DNA of 64,000 bases from a bacterium (GCA_965204535.1 CBDBEV010000001.1:1376001-1440000), one strand, 5' to 3'; positions 1 to 10,645 are shown, counted from the stretch's first letter. Numbers and translations: made by a program. The notes: generated by a model not told the origin, from the letters alone.

Positions 1-240
1 TAGAGCCGGTTCGCGAACCGCCCCTACAGTTGGAGTGCCTCTTGAAGCGTAGGCGCGAATACCTACGTAATTTTGCTCGTCATTTCTGAGCGAGGAAGGC
101 TTTTTCAACACCCCCCCTTCAACGAGCTGTTGAACAAGTCTCTCGGTCGGTGTTCTCGTTGTCCTTTTTCAGGATGGTTCGAGTCAGGACAGGCACGGAG
201 GCCTCTCCCTACGGGGCGTCCCTCGATACGGCCCCCTTCG
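1..240. repeat. Intergenic mosaic of GTAG-type REP-like palindromes and IS1182-like end fragments (cut by window edge)
   Basis: tagagccggttcgcgaaccgcccctac (1-27) nearly matches the palindrome at 48917-48944. Also ctttttcaacacccc near 100, gagctgttgaacaag near 124 and ggacaggcacggaggcctctccctac near 187. Confidence 0.7.
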
Positions 241-246
241 GTAGGC

Positions 247-1026
247 TCAGGGGTTTCGCTCGGCGATAAGGCGCAGGCCCAGGAGGGTCAAATCGGGGTT
301 GATCAGGTCGAAAATTCCGTCTTCTTCGTTTAATGCCAGGCTGTGGCCGCCCGTGGCGACGACTTTCGCGCCGCTCCCGAGTTCCGCTTTCATGCGCTCG
401 ACGATCTCCTTTACGAGGCCCCGGTAGCCGTAGGCGATGCCTGCCTGGATGCTGTGCACCGTGTTCTTCCCGATGACGGTGGGGGGTACTGCGGTCTCGA
501 CCCGGGGGAGTCGGGCCGTTTTGTCGATGAGCGCTTCCAAGGCGATTCCCAGGCCGGGCGATATGGCGCCGCCCAGGTATTCGCCCCCGGCGGATATCGC
601 GTCGAAGGTGATGGCCGTTCCGAAATCGACGATGATCAAGGGCCCGCCGTAGAGGTGGTGCCCGGCGACGGCGTTGACGATTCTGTCCGCCCCCACCTCG
701 CGGGGGTTGTCGTACTTGATGGAGATGCCCGTCCGTATGCCCGGACCGACGACCAGCGGCTTTACGCCGAAGTAGCGCTTCGCCATCTCCTCCAGACTCG
801 GCCCCAGGGGAGGGACGACGCTCGCGATCACCACGCGGCCCACGTCCGACATCTCGTGACGCCCGAGCCGGAACAAGCCTTCCATGAGAATGGCCAGCTC
901 ATCCGTCGTGCGGCGGGCCACGGAGCCGAGCCGCCAGCTCGAAGCGAGTTCTTCGCCGTCGAAAAGCCCCACGACGGTCTGCGTGTTGCCCACGTCGATG
1001 GCCAGCAGATAGGAGCCCTGGTTCAT
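247..1026 (-). CDS. coaX: Type III pantothenate kinase
   Basis: LAIDVGNTQT, GADR, IVDFGTAITFD, YLGGAISPG and ATGG motifs; directly follows birA. Confidence 0.95.
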   Translation of the reverse strand: MNQGSYLLAIDVGNTQTVVGLFDGEELASSWRLGSVARRTTDELAILMEGLFRLGRHEMSDVGRVVIASVVPPLGPSLEEMAKRYFGVKPLVVGPGIRTGISIKYDNPREVGADRIVNAVAGHHLYGGPLIIVDFGTAITFDAISAGGEYLGGAISPGLGIALEALIDKTARLPRVETAVPPTVIGKNTVHSIQAGIAYGYRGLVKEIVERMKAELGSGAKVVATGGHSLALNEEDGIFDLINPDLTLLGLRLIAERNP

Positions 1027-1790
1027 GGGAGTTCCACCTCGCCGGAGGTTATTCTCTCGATGGAACCGCCCGGTTTTTCGAGGAGCAGGCGGCCCGCCTC
1101 GTCAATCCCGTTGTTTTTTCCAACCAAAATCTCATCCGCGGCGCGGACGGATATCGTCCCGCCCAGATTGTCGCATAAGCCGAGCCAGCGGTCGCGGACG
1201 GGGCCGAAACCGCTCGATTCATATTCCTTGTACCAGAAAGCGACCCGCGCCAGAAGGAGATCGAGGAGACCCTCCGCGTCGGGAACCCGCCCTCCCGAGA
1301 GAAGAACCGAGGATGCCGACTCGCGTAGTTCGGGAGGGAAGTCGGCTTCGCGCGTCGTGAGGTTCACGCCCAATCCTGCGACGACGGCAGGGGGCTGGTT
1401 CGGAGGGCTCAAGTATTCGCACAGGATTCCGCCGATTTTTTTGCCGTTCACCCTTAAGTCGTTCGGCCATTTGAGCCCGACCCGGAGGCCCGTCGCCTCC
1501 ATGAGTCCTTCTGCGGCGGCGACGCCGAGCAGGAGCGTCAGGAGGGGTGAATTTTCAGCTTCGCCACCTGCGCGAAACAGGATGGAGAAATAGAGTCCGC
1601 TCCCGGGTGGTGAGAACCAGGAGCGCCCTCTTCTGCCGCGTCCTGTTGTTTGGGAAATCGCGCGTATCACGAGGCCGCCCGGCTCGCCCGCGCGTGCGCG
1701 GGTGGAGACCAGATCGTTGGTGGAGCTTGTCTCGTCAATCGTTTCTACGCGCCAGGCGAGCGTCTTTTCGCTGGCGCGGGTGGGGTCCAT
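1023..1790 (-). CDS. birA: Biotin--[acetyl-CoA-carboxylase] ligase without an N-terminal HTH
   Basis: SSTN, QTTGRGRRGRSW, LKWPND and KIGGIL motifs. Confidence 0.95.
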   Translation of the reverse strand: MDPTRASEKTLAWRVETIDETSSTNDLVSTRARAGEPGGLVIRAISQTTGRGRRGRSWFSPPGSGLYFSILFRAGGEAENSPLLTLLLGVAAAEGLMEATGLRVGLKWPNDLRVNGKKIGGILCEYLSPPNQPPAVVAGLGVNLTTREADFPPELRESASSVLLSGGRVPDAEGLLDLLLARVAFWYKEYESSGFGPVRDRWLGLCDNLGGTISVRAADEILVGKNNGIDEAGRLLLEKPGGSIERITSGEVELP

Positions 1791-4412
1791 CTAGTCCTGA
1801 AACTCTGCGATGCGCTCTGCGCTCTCGCGGAGTTTTTCCGCGCGCTCTTGCGTTTCGCGCAGGCGGTTCTTGTCCTTCTCCACGATCTCGGCGGGCGCGC
1901 GTTCGATGAAGGCGGGGTTGGCGAGTTTTTTCTCGAGGCCCGATATCGCATCGTCCGCGTCGGCGATTTGCTTGTGGAGGCGCTTCAACTCCTCTTCGAC
2001 GTCGATGAGTCCGCCGATGGGGACGAACGCCTGCCCGTAGCCGAAAACGGTGTGGGCTGACGCCTTGGGACGCTCCACGTCGGGGCCGACCTTCCAGTCG
2101 GGCGCAATTTTGGCCAGTCGCCGAATCCACTCGGATTCGCGCATGATGACGTCGATTTTCTCGGGGTTCTGCACCTGAATGTGCGCGGGCATCTCCTTGT
2201 TGGGGGAAATGTTGAGTTCGCCCCGTATGTTCCTGATGCCGCCGATCATCTCCGTCAGGGCCTCGAACTCCGCTTCCGCTTGCGGGTCGTCCCACCCGTC
2301 CTGCGGCTTCGGCCACTCGGCCACCATGATGCTCTCGCCCGTGCGGTTCGGAAGTTTCTGCCATATCTCCTCGGTGATGAAGGGGATGATCGGGTGCAGC
2401 AGCCGCAGCGTGCGTTCGAGCGCCTCGGCGAGCACGGCGCGGCTGGCGTCGCCCCGCTCCCCGGAGGTGAGGGCGGGTTTGATGACCTCCAGGTACCAGT
2501 CGCAGAGCTCATGCCAGGTGAAGTGGTAAAGCGCGAGGGCGGCGTCGTTGAAGCGGTATTCTTCGAGCGCTTCGTCCACCTGGCGCGTCACGCCGTTCAG
2601 GCGGCTCAGTATCCATCTGTCCCCGAGGGAGAGTTCTTCTCTGGGCGGCATGGGCGGAGCGCTCTCGCCCAGGTTCATGAGCGTGAAGCGGGCCGCGTTC
2701 CAGATTTTGTTGCAGAAATTCCGGTACCCGGCGATTCGCTCGGTGGACAGGCGTATGTCGCGCCCCTGGGCGGCCATGGCGGTGAGGGTGAAGCGGAGTG
2801 AATCCGTTCCGAATTCCTCGATGATCTCCAGCGGGTCGATGATGTTCCCGCGCGTCTTGCTCATCTTGTGTCCCTGCTCGTCCCGCACCAGGGCGTGGAT
2901 GTAGACGTCGCGGAAGGGGACGTCGTCCATGAACTTGAGACCCGTCATGATCATCCTCGCCACCCAGAAGAAGATGATGTCGAAGCCTGTGACGAGGACG
3001 GACGTGGGGTAGAAGTATTTCAGATCTTCATTGTCGTCCGGCCATCCGAACGTCGAGAAGGGCCAGAGAGCCGAGCTGAACCAGGTGTCGAGCACGTCGG
3101 TTTCGCGTCTTAAGTTCGGGTCGTCCGGATCTTCGCGCGAGACGACCACCTCTCCGGTGTCGTCGTTGTACCAGGCGGGTATCTGGTGGCCCCACCATAT
3201 CTGGCGGCTGATGCACCAGTCCCGGATGTTATGCATCCACTCGAAATAGGTGGACTCCCACTGTTTGGGGATGATTTTGATTCGCCCGTCCTCGACGGCG
3301 CGTATCGATTCCTCCGCCAGCGGCTTCGCGCGCACGAACCATTGTTTCGAGAGGTAAGGCTCCACCACCGTGCCGCAGCGGTAGCATCCGCCGATGGCGT
3401 GACGATGGGCCTCCACCCCGCGCATCAACCCCTGCGCTTCCATGTCGGCGACGACGCGCTCGCGCGCCACGAAGCGGTCCAGCCCCTCGTAGGGGCCTCC
3501 GTTTTCGTTGATCTTCGCGTCCGGCGTGAGGATGTTGACTTGCGGCAGGTCGTTTCTGAGGCCCGCCTCGAAATCGTTCGGGTCGTGCGCGGGCGTGACC
3601 TTCACGGCGCCCGAGCCGAACCCGGCGTCCACGAAAGAATCCGCGATGACGGGGATTTTCCTGTCCAGTAGCGGCAGGCGCAGATGCTCGCCCACGAGGT
3701 TCTTGTATCTCTCGTCGTCGGGATGGACGGCCACGGCCGTATCGCCGAGCATGGTCTCGGGGCGCGTCGTCGCGATGGTGACGCCGTCCCCGCCGTTCCA
3801 GAGCGGGTAGTGGAAATTCCACAGGTGGCCGTCGTGTTCTTCGTGTTCGACTTCCAGGTCGGAAACAGCCGTCCCGCACCTCGGGCACCAGTTCACCAGA
3901 TAGTTGTCGCGGTAGATCAGCCCCTCTTCATAGAGCCTCACGAAGGCTTCGCGCACGGCGCGGGAGAGCCCCTCGTCCATCGTGAACCGCTCGCGCTCCC
4001 AGTCGCACGAAGCGCCCAGGCGGTGAAGCTGGTGGATGATGGTTCCGCCGCTCTCGGCCTTCCATTTCCAGACGCGCTCGATGAATTTCTCACGCCCCAG
4101 GGATTCGCGCGATTGATTCTCCTCGGCGAGTTGGCGCTCCACCACGTTCTGGGTGGCGATGCCCGCGTGGTCGGTGCCGGGCATCCAGCAGACGCGCAGG
4201 CCGCTCATGCGTTTCCAGCGGACGAGGATGTCCTGCAGGGTGTTGTTCAGGGCGTGGCCCATGTGGAGCGAGCCTGTCACGTTCGGGGGCGGGATGACGA
4301 TGGAGTAAGGCTCGTGGCTCTCGCTGGGCGCGCCGTGAAAATATCCGCGCTTCAGCCATTCGGCATACCAGCGATCTTCGGCCCCTTTCGGGTCGTAGCG
4401 GGGTTCCAGCAA
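1791..4412 (-). CDS. valS: Valine--tRNA ligase
   Basis: PPPNVTGSLHMGH (HIGH), WCISRQIWWGH, KMSK and a C-terminal coiled-coil arm. Confidence 0.98.
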   Translation of the reverse strand: MLEPRYDPKGAEDRWYAEWLKRGYFHGAPSESHEPYSIVIPPPNVTGSLHMGHALNNTLQDILVRWKRMSGLRVCWMPGTDHAGIATQNVVERQLAEENQSRESLGREKFIERVWKWKAESGGTIIHQLHRLGASCDWERERFTMDEGLSRAVREAFVRLYEEGLIYRDNYLVNWCPRCGTAVSDLEVEHEEHDGHLWNFHYPLWNGGDGVTIATTRPETMLGDTAVAVHPDDERYKNLVGEHLRLPLLDRKIPVIADSFVDAGFGSGAVKVTPAHDPNDFEAGLRNDLPQVNILTPDAKINENGGPYEGLDRFVARERVVADMEAQGLMRGVEAHRHAIGGCYRCGTVVEPYLSKQWFVRAKPLAEESIRAVEDGRIKIIPKQWESTYFEWMHNIRDWCISRQIWWGHQIPAWYNDDTGEVVVSREDPDDPNLRRETDVLDTWFSSALWPFSTFGWPDDNEDLKYFYPTSVLVTGFDIIFFWVARMIMTGLKFMDDVPFRDVYIHALVRDEQGHKMSKTRGNIIDPLEIIEEFGTDSLRFTLTAMAAQGRDIRLSTERIAGYRNFCNKIWNAARFTLMNLGESAPPMPPREELSLGDRWILSRLNGVTRQVDEALEEYRFNDAALALYHFTWHELCDWYLEVIKPALTSGERGDASRAVLAEALERTLRLLHPIIPFITEEIWQKLPNRTGESIMVAEWPKPQDGWDDPQAEAEFEALTEMIGGIRNIRGELNISPNKEMPAHIQVQNPEKIDVIMRESEWIRRLAKIAPDWKVGPDVERPKASAHTVFGYGQAFVPIGGLIDVEEELKRLHKQIADADDAISGLEKKLANPAFIERAPAEIVEKDKNRLRETQERAEKLRESAERIAEFQD

Positions 4413-4415
4413 AAC

Positions 4416-5126
4416 TTATTCTCCGCGTTTGATTTTATCGATTTCTCGAATGACGATTTTCTCTACGATATAGGGGAGCTGTTTTACCACGGCGTCTTCG
4501 ATGTGGCTGAGCAACGTGGGGGCGATCTTTTCTGCCGCTTCTTCCAGATGTTTGGCGATTATGGGAGCGAGTGTTTCGCTGTCGAGGGCGAGCGGGGCGT
4601 CGGAGGGGGCGACTTGCTCCTCACCGCTGGCAGATTCCGCGCCTTCCGCTTCGGCGGAAGGCGTTTCAACGGATTCCCCTGTGGCGTCTCCTGAAGAGGA
4701 GGGCGATTCCTCCATCCCGGTTTCCGGGGAATCGGGCTCCGGTGTCGATGTGCTATGTCCATGACCGATGATGCGCTCCACTTCGTCCGTGAAAACCACC
4801 GGTTTGAACGGTTTCTCGATGTTCGCCACCGCGCCCACTTCCTGGATTTCCTCATCGCTGACGCTGTTGCGCGTGCTCGTTAAAACGAGGAGAGGGACCT
4901 GGGAGAGTTCCGGTTTTTCGCGCAGGCGACGGCAAAAGGCCAAGCCGTCGGAACCCTCCATGTCCAGGCTCGCGACGACGACGTCCGGCGCCGCATTCTC
5001 CGCCATTTCAAGCGCTTCGTCTGCATTCTCCGCTATCTGGACGTCGACTCCCTTATCCCTGTAGGCCAATTCCACGACGCGTTGCACCAGGAGGCTTTCA
5101 TCGAGGAGAAGTAATTTGGTCGTCAT
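4416..5126 (-). CDS. RomR-like response regulator (atypical receiver, acidic Pro/Ser linker, C-terminal helix)
   Basis: Receiver fold with KPF; the canonical Asp53 is Ser (PDVVVASLDM); C-terminus QLPYIVEKIVIREIDKI; lies immediately upstream of valS. Confidence 0.7.
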   Translation of the reverse strand: MTTKLLLLDESLLVQRVVELAYRDKGVDVQIAENADEALEMAENAAPDVVVASLDMEGSDGLAFCRRLREKPELSQVPLLVLTSTRNSVSDEEIQEVGAVANIEKPFKPVVFTDEVERIIGHGHSTSTPEPDSPETGMEESPSSSGDATGESVETPSAEAEGAESASGEEQVAPSDAPLALDSETLAPIIAKHLEEAAEKIAPTLLSHIEDAVVKQLPYIVEKIVIREIDKIKRGE

Positions 5127-5282
5127 ATGATCGGTCCTCGTCCGGTCGTTCGCTGGATGAGCCGAAAGGACGATAAGAGCCAGCAGTCTACGCTCAAATA
5201 TCTTTGTAACTCTTGAGCCTTCTTGCGCCGGGCAACTGGCTGATAATCATGCCACCACCGCAATTCCGGGGTCAACCAGTTT

Positions 5283-6350
5283 CTATTTGCGCTGGTACCG
5301 GTTCACGGCGCGGCGGTGTTCTCGGTACGTGCGGGAAAATCGATGGCCGCCTTCCTTGGTGGCCACGAAATACAGGTATTTCACCTGGGCGGGATTCAAG
5401 GCCGATTTGATGGATTCCAGCCCCGGGCTGGCGATGGGGCCCGGGGGAAGTCCCCGGTGGAGGTAGGTGTTATAGGGTGAATCGTACCGCAAATCTTTTT
5501 TGGTGATGTTTCCGTCGAAACGGGGAAGCCCGTATATGACGGTGGGGTCGCTCTGGAGGCGCATTCTTCGTTTGAGCCGGTTGATGAACACGGCGGCGAT
5601 GAGTGGCCGTTCGCTGCCGAGAGATGTTTCTTTTTCGATAATGGAGGCCAGGGTGAGCGCCTGATGCATGGTGAATCCCATCGTTTTCGCCTGCTCTCTG
5701 AGAGCGGGCGAGAATTTCCTCCGCATCGTGCGAACCATGAAACCCAGGATTTTCTTCGACGAGGCGCCCACCGGGAATTGATACGTGTCGGGGAATAGAT
5801 ATCCCTCGATGGAGGCCGCGGAAATCTTGAGTTCCCGAAGGAAAGAAGGATCGCGGGCGAGTCTGAGAATTTCCTCTTCGTCTGCGAGTTTCGCGCGCTG
5901 AATCGTCCGGGCGATTTCCCGGACGTTGTAACCCTCGGGAATGGTGAACGTGCGCCGGGCGACTCTGCCCTCCGACAGATGCCGGTATATCTCTCGCGGC
6001 GACATGGATGCTTTGAGCGCATAGACGCCGGCCTGAATGTTTGTTGCGCCGCCTCTGAGTCTGGCCTGGAGATGGAACAACCCGGGGTTTTGAATCAGGC
6101 GGTTTTTCTCCAGCAATTCGAGTATTTGGGCGAAGGACATGCCCGGGCGGATGTGGACGTGTTTCGTTTCATTCGCCTTGGGGTTCGCGGGGCGACGGAA
6201 TTCATCGTCGAGATATTGATAGCCGATGAAAGCGGCCAGGACGATGGAGGAGAAAAGGGCGACGAGGATTTTCCCGAGCCGCCTCTTTTTGGCGGGAGGC
6301 GATATTTCCGGCGCATCGGATTCTTCGGGGGGATTTTCTTGTTCACTCAT
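5283..6350 (-). CDS. mltG: Endolytic transglycosylase MltG
   Basis: N-terminal TM helix, TIPEG, EGYLFPDTY, LASIIEKE, LQSDPT, SPYNTY and GLPPGPI. Confidence 0.95.
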   Translation of the reverse strand: MSEQENPPEESDAPEISPPAKKRRLGKILVALFSSIVLAAFIGYQYLDDEFRRPANPKANETKHVHIRPGMSFAQILELLEKNRLIQNPGLFHLQARLRGGATNIQAGVYALKASMSPREIYRHLSEGRVARRTFTIPEGYNVREIARTIQRAKLADEEEILRLARDPSFLRELKISAASIEGYLFPDTYQFPVGASSKKILGFMVRTMRRKFSPALREQAKTMGFTMHQALTLASIIEKETSLGSERPLIAAVFINRLKRRMRLQSDPTVIYGLPRFDGNITKKDLRYDSPYNTYLHRGLPPGPIASPGLESIKSALNPAQVKYLYFVATKEGGHRFSRTYREHRRAVNRYQRK

Positions 6351-6786
6351 GGGAAATCGCGCGTTCCATCCTCTGATGATCCAGGTACGCCTGTAGTATG
6401 AGTTGCGCCGCGATGATGTCGCGCTTTTTCATCTTTTTGCTCGGCCTGGTTTCCGTTTCATTCAAAACCCGGTCCGCCTGCGTCGTGCTGAGCCGCTCGT
6501 CCCATTTCTCGACGGGGACCGCTAAATTGTTCCGCAAAAATTTCACGAGCCTTCTGGTGCGCTTCGCCCTGGACGTATCGCGGTTCGAGAGTCCGACGGG
6601 GTGCCCCACGACCAGCAGATGAACATCATGCTCACGGATGATGTTGCTTACCTCGTCGAGCAGTTGCGCATCACTTCGCCTTTCGATGAGGCCGAGTGGC
6701 TGGGATGTCAGACCGAGCGAGTCGCTGATGGCGAGACCCACGCGTTTTTCGCCGAAGTCCATTCCCAGGATTCGGGGATGACTCAT
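6343..6786 (-). CDS. ruvX: YqgF/RuvX family nuclease
   Basis: ILGMDFGEKRVGLAISD, WDERLST and DIIAAQLILQAYL. Confidence 0.93.
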   Translation of the reverse strand: MSHPRILGMDFGEKRVGLAISDSLGLTSQPLGLIERRSDAQLLDEVSNIIREHDVHLLVVGHPVGLSNRDTSRAKRTRRLVKFLRNNLAVPVEKWDERLSTTQADRVLNETETRPSKKMKKRDIIAAQLILQAYLDHQRMERAISHE

Positions 6787-8402
6787 TTTTTTCCGGTTTT
6801 CGTCTTCGTCTCGCCGGGATAGAACATTTCGATCTGGAATCGTTCGAGCGTGGAATGGGTCGCCCTGTCCAATGAGGCGAGAGATTTGTGGTAGTCGATG
6901 AGCGCCCGGGTTTCTTCCGTCAGTGCGTTGGCCAGCCTTTCCTGGTCTTCGAGAATGTTTCTGCTCGTCGAGAGGCCGACCTTGAATTTCTTCTCCTGGG
7001 CGTCGAGGCGCTCTTCCGCCAGCCTTCTGGCGACGCGCGTCGCCTCGATTCTTTTTACGTTTACGCGAACCCGGCGCGCGTTGCGTCGGACTTCCTCCAT
7101 GATGGCCTGTTGCGTTTGATGGTAGGAGGCCACCGTTTTGGCGTGCTGGAGTTGCGCCTGGCGGTAGTCCGCGTTCGCTCCCCTGTTTCCGATGGGGATG
7201 CGGAACGAGACCCCGCCGGAGAAGGTGTAGTTTTCGTTCTTGAATTGTTCTTCAAAAGCTCTTCCTTCGGTTTCCGCAAGAGAGTTGTTGGATGCCGATG
7301 CGTTCAAATTGACTTCGGGAAGCAGGTTTTGTTCCGCTACTTTCATGTCGATTTTTCTTTTGTCGATTTCGATGCGGGCGTTCTCCAGCGCCGCGTGCTT
7401 GCGCAAGGCGCCGAGCGTGAGTTTCATCTCGTCTACCTGAACCACCTGAAACTCGGGCTTGTCCTTCGGCAGAATGCTGATGTCCCAGGAAGAGGGTTTC
7501 TCCGCTACGTTCAGCAGCATTTTCAGGGTGTCTTCCCGGTCCTTGACTTCGCGCTCCGCTACGAGAAGGGCTTCTTCCCGGGAGGCGACGGTGGCTTCCG
7601 CCTCCGTTATCTCTATCGGAGCGAGCGTGCCGACCTCGACCTGAATCTTGTTCCGGCGCAAGAGGTCCTTCGCGAGATCGAGGGATTTTCGCCTGAACTG
7701 GAGATTTTCGATGGAGAAGACGAGGTTCCAGTAAGCCTGTTGAACGGCGTCCACCGTCTGGATGACCCTGCTTCGATACGCATGGAACGTTTGTTCTTTC
7801 GTGGCCATGGCCACCTTGATCCTGGCCCGGTTGAGATTGATGCCGAAATTCTTGAGCAAGGGCTGTTCGATGGTGAAAGTGAGACTGGTTTGGTAGCTCG
7901 GGTCGAAACGGTTCTGTGGAGAGTTCGTCGATTCTCTGATGTTTCGCAGGATGAGTGAATACTCGGCGCCCGTGATGATTCTTTGGCGGATGCCGGCCGC
8001 GATACCCAAGCTGTCGGTTTCCCGTATTCCCCCGGTCGCGTTGAATGCGCTGTTCGCAGAGCCGAGCTTGGATTTGCTGGCACTCGTGTCCACAAAGGCC
8101 TGGGGGTCGAAGGCGGAGCGTTCCCTGGTGACGTTGCTTTCCGCGATGTCGGGGTCGAACCCGGCGATGGTGATGTCGAAATTGCGCGCGAGGGCGATGC
8201 TCACGGCTTCTCGTATGGACAGCGCGATGCGAGGGCCACTTATGCTCGGCGGCGCCACGTTGCTGCGTGGACGTTCGAAAGAAGTTTCCGCAGACATGCC
8301 GGATGTTGCGGCGGGGGCTGCATCCGCGAGAAGGAGTGAGGGTAAAGAGATGAGAATCGAAAGCGCAATAGACCGGAAAGACAATAATTTGGGCGGTCTC
8401 AT
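6783..8402 (-). CDS. TolC-family outer-membrane efflux protein
   Basis: Signal peptide and two OEP-like halves (QQAYWNL...VEVG; LLPEVNL...KFKVGLST). Confidence 0.88.
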   Translation of the reverse strand: MRPPKLLSFRSIALSILISLPSLLLADAAPAATSGMSAETSFERPRSNVAPPSISGPRIALSIREAVSIALARNFDITIAGFDPDIAESNVTRERSAFDPQAFVDTSASKSKLGSANSAFNATGGIRETDSLGIAAGIRQRIITGAEYSLILRNIRESTNSPQNRFDPSYQTSLTFTIEQPLLKNFGINLNRARIKVAMATKEQTFHAYRSRVIQTVDAVQQAYWNLVFSIENLQFRRKSLDLAKDLLRRNKIQVEVGTLAPIEITEAEATVASREEALLVAEREVKDREDTLKMLLNVAEKPSSWDISILPKDKPEFQVVQVDEMKLTLGALRKHAALENARIEIDKRKIDMKVAEQNLLPEVNLNASASNNSLAETEGRAFEEQFKNENYTFSGGVSFRIPIGNRGANADYRQAQLQHAKTVASYHQTQQAIMEEVRRNARRVRVNVKRIEATRVARRLAEERLDAQEKKFKVGLSTSRNILEDQERLANALTEETRALIDYHKSLASLDRATHSTLERFQIEMFYPGETKTKTGKK

Positions 8403-8701
8403 ATAAGATATCGCTCCACGTTACCGGCGGCGTAGACCATGAATCGCTTTTGCCGTGAATCTACCCGTCATTCCCGCGCTCGAGTTCTCCGGCTTCTTGT
8501 GGACATATTACTCATATCGGGACGAAAAGGGAAATGAGTTTTTGTTTTTCCATCGGTTACTCTTTGTAAATGCGGGAGATAGAGCGTTGCCCCTTCTTTT
8601 CTTGCGCAAGTGCGCGACGCTCTGCTAGAAAGATTTTCGGGAGAAACCTATGGTTCGCAGCTGTATTTCGTGAGCAGCGATTTTTTTGAGGTGAGCGAGC
8701 G

Positions 8702-9634
8702 GTGGAAGTTTTTGAGGGAGTAGACGCCTATGATCCTGAGGAATCTCCTTCGGTATTGAGCATCGGGAATTTTGACGGCGTTCATCTCGCTCATAGAGAG
8801 ATTTGCCGGTTCATCAGGGAAGAGGCCGCCCGGCGCGGCGGCCGGAGCGTCATACTGACGTTCGAGCCGCACCCGCTCTCCGTGGTCGCCCCCGAAAGAC
8901 GCCCCCCCCTGATGACGACCTTGGAAGAAAAGCTGGCCCGCCTGGAAGCCCGGAACGTCGACGCCGTGGTGGTCGAGAAATTCACGCCTTTCCTGGCGCA
9001 AACCGAAGCGGGGGATTTCGTGCGGCGCATTATCGGCGAGGGCCTCAAAGCCGCGTTGGTGGTGATCGGCTTCAATTTCCGGTTCGGAAAAGGACGCGCG
9101 GGAAACGTCGAACTGCTGCAGGAAGCGGGGGCCGACGCCGGGTTCGAAACGCACGTGCTGGAGCCTTATATGTTCGAGGGAAGGCGGGTCAGCAGCACGG
9201 AGATACGAAAGCTGTTGCTGGGCGGAGCGGTGGAGGAGGCCGCGCGCCTGCTGGGGCAGCACCATATGATAGAAGGACGGGTGGTCCGGGGCGACGGGCG
9301 GGGCCGCCAGATCGGCATACCGACCGCCAACGTGGACTATCCGCCCATCCTGATTCCCGAAAACGGGGTGTACGCCTGCCGGGTGCAGATAGACGGCAGG
9401 GAGGGCCCCCGGTATCCCGCCGTGACGAACATCGGCAATCGCCCCACGTTCGATAAGAAGGGAGTGACTCTCGAAACCCATCTGCTCGATTGGGAAGGGG
9501 ACCTTTACGAAAAATCCATTCGGGTGGAGTTCGTCTCCCGCCTGCGCGAGGAGAAGAAGTTTTCAGGACCCGATGAGCTCGTCCGGCAAATTCACGTCGA
9601 TATCGAAAACGGTCGGAAAAAATTGAGCGCCTAG
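8702..9634 (+). CDS. ribF: Bifunctional riboflavin kinase/FAD synthetase
   Basis: IGNFDGVHLAH, TFEPHP, GRQIGIPTAN, NIGNRPTF and LREEKKF. Confidence 0.96.
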   Translation: MEVFEGVDAYDPEESPSVLSIGNFDGVHLAHREICRFIREEAARRGGRSVILTFEPHPLSVVAPERRPPLMTTLEEKLARLEARNVDAVVVEKFTPFLAQTEAGDFVRRIIGEGLKAALVVIGFNFRFGKGRAGNVELLQEAGADAGFETHVLEPYMFEGRRVSSTEIRKLLLGGAVEEAARLLGQHHMIEGRVVRGDGRGRQIGIPTANVDYPPILIPENGVYACRVQIDGREGPRYPAVTNIGNRPTFDKKGVTLETHLLDWEGDLYEKSIRVEFVSRLREEKKFSGPDELVRQIHVDIENGRKKLSA

Positions 9635-10257
9635 GCCAGAAGGGCCGCCACGCCGTCATAGATGAAGAAAAGCCCGAATCCGAGCATCACCCACGCGCAG
9701 CCCTGCTCGATTCTCATCCACCCGGTTTCACTGATCATGCGGCTCCCCTGGTTCGACGACCATGTGACGAAGACGGCCCACACCCCGTCCGCCAGCAGGT
9801 GAACGACGGTCATGCCCGCCAGACCGGTCAACCACCCGAATTCGATCGTCCGGGCGATGAGGCTGGCGCCGATCGTGAGCCACCATAAAATCCAGTAGGG
9901 ATTCAGAAGCGTGAGCAAGACGCCGCCGGTGAGAGAATTCCACTCCAGAACGCTTCTTTGCTCTGGCGCGGCGGGCCGGAAACTCCGGAACACGCCGCTT
10001 CCGAGGTAGATGAGGACGCCGCCGCCCAGCAGGGAAACGCCCTCTCGTATCCCCTGGATTTCAAAAAATGGCTGAAGCCCGGCGTAAAGGGCGATGATGA
10101 GCGGGACTTCGGCCAGAGCGTGGCCGAGCGTGACCCGGATTCCCGCCCAGGGGCTTTGCCTGCCGCGCGCGATGAGGAATGCGGTGAGAGGACCCGGCGA
10201 CATGACGCCGCTCAGCGAGATGACGGTGATGAATCCGTAGAATGCGAGCAGGTTCAT
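9631..10257 (-). CDS. LysE-family translocator
   Basis: MSPGP and LLNPYWILWW motifs with about six hydrophobic helices. Confidence 0.85.
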   Translation of the reverse strand: MNLLAFYGFITVISLSGVMSPGPLTAFLIARGRQSPWAGIRVTLGHALAEVPLIIALYAGLQPFFEIQGIREGVSLLGGGVLIYLGSGVFRSFRPAAPEQRSVLEWNSLTGGVLLTLLNPYWILWWLTIGASLIARTIEFGWLTGLAGMTVVHLLADGVWAVFVTWSSNQGSRMISETGWMRIEQGCAWVMLGFGLFFIYDGVAALLA

Positions 10258-10499
10258 GCCTTCGGGTCTGTCTCATCGAGCAGGCGGCGCAATCGCTTGA
10301 TGTCCATATGATATTTGAAGACCTTCGTCTCGCCCAGGTAGCCGACGGGCACCTCCTCGCCGTAGAGGCGGATTAGCTCGGGATCCGTATCTACGTCGAT
10401 CTCTTCGATCGCAAGGTCCGGGAAGTGGCGCATCATCGCCGTTTTCGCCTCGTCGCACAGATGACACTCGTTTCGCGTATAGAGCGTAATTTTGCGCAT
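10254..10499 (-). CDS. Glutaredoxin-like protein (DUF836 type)
   Basis: TLYTRNECHLCDEA (CxxC) and YGEEVPV; 4-bp overlap with the LysE gene. Confidence 0.85.
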   Translation of the reverse strand: MRKITLYTRNECHLCDEAKTAMMRHFPDLAIEEIDVDTDPELIRLYGEEVPVGYLGETKVFKYHMDIKRLRRLLDETDPKA

Positions 10500-10645
10500 A
10501 TCTTCCTACATCCTGGCCGGATTCGGATTCGAGGTTGTCCTGCCTTCCCCGAACTATACCAAATGACGAGATGGTTTGATTCATCGACTCGAATCCTTGA
10601 CAACGCATTCGCCCCCCGATATAGGGAATGACTACCAATCTTCTC

